Assembly: GCA_023251535.1 (NCBI GenBank)
Contig: JAHEYP010000001.1
Coordinates: 146,178 to 210,177, forward strand
Direction: 5' to 3'
DNA length: 64,000 nt
Origin: Bacteroidota bacterium
GTDB taxonomy: Bacteria > Bacteroidota > Bacteroidia > AKYH767-A > OLB10
Positions 58,765-64,000 of the stretch are shown here, piece by piece; the first letter of the stretch is position 1, and every line of letters begins with the position of its first letter. The notes under the pieces are model-generated. The model worked only from the letters and a program-made list of their open reading frames with translations. It was not told the origin of the DNA and made no database searches. The position numbers and the translations under genes were made by a program.

Positions 58765-58790
58765 TGTAACCTTTCGGAACCATGTTACGT
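58765..58790 (+). promoter_or_regulatory. ECF-sigma-like promoter candidate TGTAACC-N16-CGTT (copy 2)
   Basis: GTAACC, 16-nt spacer, CGTT. Lies 16-52 nt upstream of the candidate starts of the next gene. Confidence 0.3.
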
Positions 58791-58841
58791 TAAGATGCAT
58801 GTAAATTGCTAATGACCAAAAACTCTAAGGAGGATCACAAA

Positions 58842-59405
58842 ATGAACCACACCGCCCACAACGAAGACTTTTACAAAACAATCCGCGAAAACAGGATGTT
58901 GATGTATTCGAAACCTAAGCGTTATTTCAATAGAGATGAGCAGCAAGGTTCCGCATTCAAATTCTTATTCTTAATTGAAACCGTAGTGTTTCTAATTTTG
59001 ATGGCCGCCGCAGGCTCGAGTATGGCACAATCATCGCCTAACAACTCAATGGTTATGTCGGCAGGTACACAAGGCGCTATGAACATCTATAATTATAACA
59101 CTGTTTATAATTCAGGAAAAGTGTTCATCAGCTGGACATCAAAAAACGAACCTGAAGATTGCGTTTATGTTGTTGAACGTTCAGGTAATGGTAAAGACTT
59201 TGCATCAGTTGGTGTTAAAGAAGGCATTGGAGCAGAAATCGAGCTATACTATAGCTGGATTGATCAAGCACCTCCTGCAGGTTTCTCATACTACCGTGTG
59301 AAGAAAATCACTAAAGAAGGAAACCAGTTATATAGCGCAGTGAACTCTGTGATTAACCAGGCTTCCAACTTTAACAACTACGCTCAGGGCGAAGAAGAGA
59401 AGTAA
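58842..59405 (+). CDS. Bitopic membrane protein with extracytoplasmic Ig/Fn3-like domain
   Basis: Basic N-terminus, TM (FLFLIETVVFLILMAAAG), then an Ig-like block (VFISWTS...YVVERSGNGKDF...YYRVKKITKEGN). The ATG at 58842 follows AAGGAGG. The track start is a TTG at 58806. Confidence 0.5.
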   Translation: MNHTAHNEDFYKTIRENRMLMYSKPKRYFNRDEQQGSAFKFLFLIETVVFLILMAAAGSSMAQSSPNNSMVMSAGTQGAMNIYNYNTVYNSGKVFISWTSKNEPEDCVYVVERSGNGKDFASVGVKEGIGAEIELYYSWIDQAPPAGFSYYRVKKITKEGNQLYSAVNSVINQASNFNNYAQGEEEK

Positions 59406-59473
59406 TCTCTTTTCCACCTCAGCACCACCAACCAACCAACTCAACCACCAAAACAGTATAATATAGGTCAAAA

Positions 59474-62400
59474 ATGGGCCCCGCCGTTACATATCGCATG
59501 ATTCGTGTAGTTTTCGCGGCAATATTAATTCTACAAACGTTTACGTTACGGGCCCAAACGCCCGTAGCGTCGTTTAACTCCGATAAAATAACCGGCTGCG
59601 CACCTTTAATGGTGAATTTTACGAATACTTCAACGGGCGCATTATCTTATCAGTGGAATTTCGGAAACTCAAATACATCAACTGCTCCAAACCCAAGTAC
59701 GGTTTTCCTTACTCCGGGGACTTACACTGTTAAGTTAATTGCTATTGGTGCTGGAGGTGTTAAAGATTCAATTACTCATACTATTAATGTTGTTAACGAC
59801 CCGATAGCTGCTTTTACAGCTTCTCCGTTATCAGCATGCGAAGATGTGAATGTTATTACTTTCACGAATAGTTCTTCTAACGCAGCAACGTATATATGGG
59901 ACTTTGGAGATGGATCATCATCAACGTTGGCAAATCCAACTCATACATACACTGACCCTGGTGTATACAATGTAAAATTGATTGCAACCAGCGCATACGG
60001 CTGTCAACATATAGAAATTAAAAGCAGTTATATCACTATTAATGCCCAACCGCAAGCTCAATTCACTGCGAATACAACTTCGGCATGCGACGTTAATACT
60101 GTTTTCCATTTTTCCGCCACAACTTCCGGTATTACTTCTTGGGCTTGGGACTTAGGCGATGGACAAACTTCTAATCAACAGAATCCTTCACATCAGTATA
60201 GCAATGCAGGAAATTATAATGTTTCTTTAATTGTTACTAATAGCAACGGATGCTCTGATACTCTTTCAAGACCGAATTATATTAACATTGGATCAGCACT
60301 TGTACCTTCATTCACAATGAGTGATACAGCAGGTTGTAATCCTTTGCCAATTAATTTCAATTGTACCGTTCCTAATGCAACATCATGGGCTTGGAATTTC
60401 GGAGATGGAACAACAGATTCAATACAAAGTCCTTCTCATACTTATACTATACCAGGAAGTTATTCGATCACATTAACAGTAACAACTCAAAGCGGATGCA
60501 ACGGAACTGTTACTGTTCCGAATTTCGTTGTTGTTGATCAGTTGCCAGTTCCTAATTTTAGTGTAGTTAGTGATAGCGGATGCGTTCCATTTACTCCACA
60601 AATGATTAACTTAAGTACAGGTGCTGCAACGTATAATTGGGCATTTGGAAATGGAGCATCGTCTACAGCAACAAACGGCACTACAACATTTACGCAAGGA
60701 GGTTTCTTTAGTGTAACGCTAACGGCTATTTCTCCGAATGGATGTCCTGCCAGCTTAACAAAAGTTCAATACTTAAAAGTTTTTGCACCGGGTGCAGGAT
60801 TTCAAGGCACACCAAAAATAGGTTGTCCGGGAATGACAGTTCAGTTTACTAACACTTCTGCGCAAACAAATCTAGTCAGCTTCTTCTGGACCTTCGGTGA
60901 TGGTACTACTTCAACTTTACAAAATCCTTCACATACCTACAATTCAATAGGCAATTTTCCGGTTTCATTAGTAGTTCAAAATTCATTTGGCTGTCGCGAT
61001 ACAATTTATCGTGCAAATTATATTACAGTTGTTAGTCCAATAACCAATTATACAGTTCCTGATACAATAAAAATCTGTTTAGGTGACCCATATGTATTTG
61101 TAGATCCGACTATCGGAAGCAATCTTTGGAATTGGAACTTTGGTGATGGTGGTACTTCACATGTACAAAATCCTTCACATACTTATAATGCAGTAGGAAA
61201 TTATACTGTAACATTAAATACTTCGATGGCCGGAGGATGTACGCAAAACTTCAATCCTTTTGCTTATGTACTCGTTATACCATATGTAAAGAAACCAATC
61301 AACATGAACTTAACAAGTCCATGTAAACCTTATAATGTGAATTTCTCTAGTGCAACGCCTAACGTAGTAAGTTATACATGGAGCTTTGGCGATGGTACTA
61401 CTTCTACCCTACCAGCACCTTCACATACGTACCAAAATTCAGGGACCTACAATATTGCATTAACAATGGTAGTAGGATCGGGATGTGTGACTCAAGTTGA
61501 TACATTCATAACATTAGGACACCAAAACCCGACACAAGCTAGTACTTATAGCGAATGTGTTGGCAATAATATTGCCTTTTCGGTTAATGACTCATTACCA
61601 TTTGTAAGTGCCGTTTGGCATTTTGCTGATGGAACAACTGCTCCATATTTCAATTACTCACATACCTACAGTGTAGAGAATAATTATGCAGCTTACTTAG
61701 TAACCATAGATCATTTAGGATGTCACGATACATTCTATACTCCATTACCAATAACGATAAATGATCCTGATCCTGATTTCAGCGTTGCAAATCCCAATGT
61801 TTGCTTTGGGAGCAGCGTAACATTTATCAATAACAGTAATAGCGGTGATTTATATTACTGGGATTTCGGAGACGGAACAAATTCAACCGATAGTGTTCCA
61901 ACGCATACCTACACTACGTCGGGAACGTTTACTGTAAGTTTAACAGTAACAAAAGGCGCATGTACAAAAACTAAAACACTCACAAATTATATTAATGTAA
62001 TTGATCCAGTTGCACATTTAACATATACTACCAATGGAATGTGTATGCCTGTAACGGTGACATTCACTTCAATTGCACCAACAGCAGTGCAATGGACATG
62101 GATATTTGGCAACGGAGATTCGTCTAACTTGCAAAATCCTATTTACACCTACTACAATACTCCAACCGATTCGCTAACATTAATTATAATGGATGCAAAT
62201 GGTTGCTACAAGACTGTCAAAGAACAAAATATCGACTATTATAACTCTGTAATGTCGGTTGACTACTCATCGGGATGCACTCCGCTAACTGTACAGTTCA
62301 CGGACATTTCTAATGGAGCATTAACTTGGAATTGGTCATTTGGCGATGGAGCTACATCGACATTGCAAAATCCTTCGCATACTTATACTGCGAATGGAAC

Positions 62401-64000
62401 TTACGATGTAATGCTTATTTGTACATTCCCAAGTGGTTGCACAGATACAACATTCTACAATGATTTCGTCACTTCGCAAACGCCTACGTCTGATTTCTTC
62501 TCACCGTCGGTAGCGGCATGTTCTCCAACGCAAATAAATTTCACTAATACCTCTACCGATGCAACTATCTTCGAATGGGACTTCGGTGATGGAGGAACTT
62601 CTACAAGTATTAATCCAAGTCACATTTATTATATTCCTGGATACTATACCATTCGATTAATTTCAACCAACAGTTTTGGTTGTAAAGACACAATGATTAA
62701 ACCGAATTATATTTTCATTCCAGGTACTTATTCCAATTTCAGCATTTCTGCTACACAGGGATGTCAAAATCTACTTACGGCATTTACAGATTCTTCGATA
62801 AACGCTACATCTTGGAGTTGGAATTTTGGAGATGGTTATGTTGACACAATTCAGAATCCTTCTCACATGTACCAAGATACAGGTACATATATTGTTACCT
62901 TAATTACTAACGATACATTAGGTTGTTCTTCGTCGTATACTTATCCTACGCCAATAAGAATTTTCCAAAATCCTGTTTCATCGGCAACAGCCACTTCAAT
63001 GGGAGGATGTTCTGATTTCACAACATCATTTGTGAATAGTTCATTGTATGCAGATACTTACTATTGGGAATTCGGAACAGGCGATACAAGTACTTTATCG
63101 GATCCAACATACACTTATACATCAGGAGGGAATTACTTCCCGATGCTTGTGTCAATTACCAATGATGGTTGCAGAGATACATTTAACTTCAACAATCCGA
63201 TAAATGTATTGCAAACACCTACAGCGCTCATCGGCTTAAGTGATACTTCTGCTTGTAATCCTGCAACAATTACTTTCACTAGTCAATCGTTAAATACAAT
63301 AGGAGCGCAATACGACTGGACATTCAGCAATGGAAATTCTTCAACAGGAAGTGTTACAGGTCAAAGTTATACGACTCCTGGGAATTATACTGCTACATTG
63401 ATTACAACAAATAACAATGGCTGCAGTGATACGACTAACGCTAACTTAACAATTTTGGTTAGCCCAACAGCAGATGCAAATACAGACGTAACAGAAGGTT
63501 GTCATCCGTTCAACGTTAACTTCTTCAACTTATCTACAGGAGGAAGCAATTACTTATGGCAGTTTGGTAATGGTGATAGTAGTACATCGTTTGAACCGAG
63601 TTATGTATACCAAACACCGGGTGTGTATTATCCATACTTAGTTACATATAATAATTTGGGTTGCACCGACACCGTTTACCTTCCTGCAATTACTGTTCAT
63701 CACACACCTGTAGCAATAATTACAGCGGCGAATACAACAGGATGTAATCCTTCAGATTTTACATTCATAAATAGTTCGATACAATTAGAAAATCCAGTTT
63801 ATAGTTGGGCTATGGGTGATGGAAGTACTTTCAGCAGCACAGATGTTTCTTACAACTACATATTGTCAGGTACATTCACTGTTCATTTATTGGTAACTAA
63901 CACTTTTGGTTGTTATCATGACACAAGTTTGCAAGTTATCGTTCACCCTACTCCTACTGCTGTAGCAGCAGCGTCAACTTCTTCTGGTTGCTCAGCATTG
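59474..64000 (+). CDS. Giant PKD-repeat surface protein, N-terminal 1509 aa only (at least 18 tandem PKD domains); continues past the right edge
   Basis: Signal peptide MGPAVTYRMIRVVFAAILILQTFTLRAQ. 18 W.FGDG..S...NP.H.Y...G.Y.V.L signatures at about 84-aa spacing. Open in frame to base 64000. Not in the ORF track. Confidence 0.9.
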   Translation, partial: MGPAVTYRMIRVVFAAILILQTFTLRAQTPVASFNSDKITGCAPLMVNFTNTSTGALSYQWNFGNSNTSTAPNPSTVFLTPGTYTVKLIAIGAGGVKDSITHTINVVNDPIAAFTASPLSACEDVNVITFTNSSSNAATYIWDFGDGSSSTLANPTHTYTDPGVYNVKLIATSAYGCQHIEIKSSYITINAQPQAQFTANTTSACDVNTVFHFSATTSGITSWAWDLGDGQTSNQQNPSHQYSNAGNYNVSLIVTNSNGCSDTLSRPNYINIGSALVPSFTMSDTAGCNPLPINFNCTVPNATSWAWNFGDGTTDSIQSPSHTYTIPGSYSITLTVTTQSGCNGTVTVPNFVVVDQLPVPNFSVVSDSGCVPFTPQMINLSTGAATYNWAFGNGASSTATNGTTTFTQGGFFSVTLTAISPNGCPASLTKVQYLKVFAPGAGFQGTPKIGCPGMTVQFTNTSAQTNLVSFFWTFGDGTTSTLQNPSHTYNSIGNFPVSLVVQNSFGCRDTIYRANYITVVSPITNYTVPDTIKICLGDPYVFVDPTIGSNLWNWNFGDGGTSHVQNPSHTYNAVGNYTVTLNTSMAGGCTQNFNPFAYVLVIPYVKKPINMNLTSPCKPYNVNFSSATPNVVSYTWSFGDGTTSTLPAPSHTYQNSGTYNIALTMVVGSGCVTQVDTFITLGHQNPTQASTYSECVGNNIAFSVNDSLPFVSAVWHFADGTTAPYFNYSHTYSVENNYAAYLVTIDHLGCHDTFYTPLPITINDPDPDFSVANPNVCFGSSVTFINNSNSGDLYYWDFGDGTNSTDSVPTHTYTTSGTFTVSLTVTKGACTKTKTLTNYINVIDPVAHLTYTTNGMCMPVTVTFTSIAPTAVQWTWIFGNGDSSNLQNPIYTYYNTPTDSLTLIIMDANGCYKTVKEQNIDYYNSVMSVDYSSGCTPLTVQFTDISNGALTWNWSFGDGATSTLQNPSHTYTANGTYDVMLICTFPSGCTDTTFYNDFVTSQTPTSDFFSPSVAACSPTQINFTNTSTDATIFEWDFGDGGTSTSINPSHIYYIPGYYTIRLISTNSFGCKDTMIKPNYIFIPGTYSNFSISATQGCQNLLTAFTDSSINATSWSWNFGDGYVDTIQNPSHMYQDTGTYIVTLITNDTLGCSSSYTYPTPIRIFQNPVSSATATSMGGCSDFTTSFVNSSLYADTYYWEFGTGDTSTLSDPTYTYTSGGNYFPMLVSITNDGCRDTFNFNNPINVLQTPTALIGLSDTSACNPATITFTSQSLNTIGAQYDWTFSNGNSSTGSVTGQSYTTPGNYTATLITTNNNGCSDTTNANLTILVSPTADANTDVTEGCHPFNVNFFNLSTGGSNYLWQFGNGDSSTSFEPSYVYQTPGVYYPYLVTYNNLGCTDTVYLPAITVHHTPVAIITAANTTGCNPSDFTFINSSIQLENPVYSWAMGDGSTFSSTDVSYNYILSGTFTVHLLVTNTFGCYHDTSLQVIVHPTPTAVAAASTSSGCSAL

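Noticed and set aside
55936-64000. tRNA-Phe-linked genomic island or integrative element.
   Set aside because: No integrase, excisionase, conjugation or phage genes occur downstream. I could find no repeat of the tRNA 3' end within the window.
1-64000. A defence, toxin-antitoxin, retron, DGR or prophage system somewhere in the window.
   Set aside because: Every ORF above 150 aa can be assigned to housekeeping, envelope or surface-protein roles, or to a plain hypothetical. I recognised no reverse transcriptase, nuclease-NTPase pair, recombinase or phage structural signature. The novelty claims are therefore limited to the repeat architecture and a few unusual gene pairings.

Overview
This looks like a Bacteroidota chromosomal segment. 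Lineage markers are gldC, a T9SS C-terminal sorting domain, TAnnTTTG -7 boxes, a bamA-skp-skp block and OlsB/GlsB-like lipid genes; the lineage call is inference.

Most of the window is core housekeeping:
- A complete dcw cluster, mraZ to ftsZ plus a yqeY-like gene, on the minus strand at 1.5-17.6 kb.
- A split lipoamino-acid acyltransferase pair, engB, gldC, a 1116-aa hybrid Omp85-like protein, an M20 amidohydrolase, fbp plus a stand-alone kinase-like gene, and serA.
- A DUF898-M48-VOC operon.
- The envelope block pdxJ-CBS-Omp85-nadK-2xDUF6089-uppS-bamA-skp-skp-murI.
- ppiD-lptC-OMP-coaX, then tRNA-Phe and an orphan receiver domain.

Both window edges carry large PKD/Ig-repeat surface proteins (<1..1294 minus; 59474..>64000 plus, at least 18 PKD domains). 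They are missing from the ORF track because they have no stop in the window.

I see no CRISPR array, cas genes, phage genes, transposase, integrase, reverse transcriptase or recognisable defence system.

The structure the genes do not explain is about 3.4 kb of ORF-free intergenic DNA between 44.8 and 57 kb. It is built from a modular family of short repeat 'words' with 10-bp phased sub-repeats and small GAA/TGTA-loop hairpins, and 31-nt inverted copies exactly bracket a two-gene segment (T9SS cargo + DUF3667).

A second clear signal is three perfect AAAGTGG boxes at 10-bp spacing upstream of mraZ. All functional calls rest on motif recognition by eye; no searches were run.
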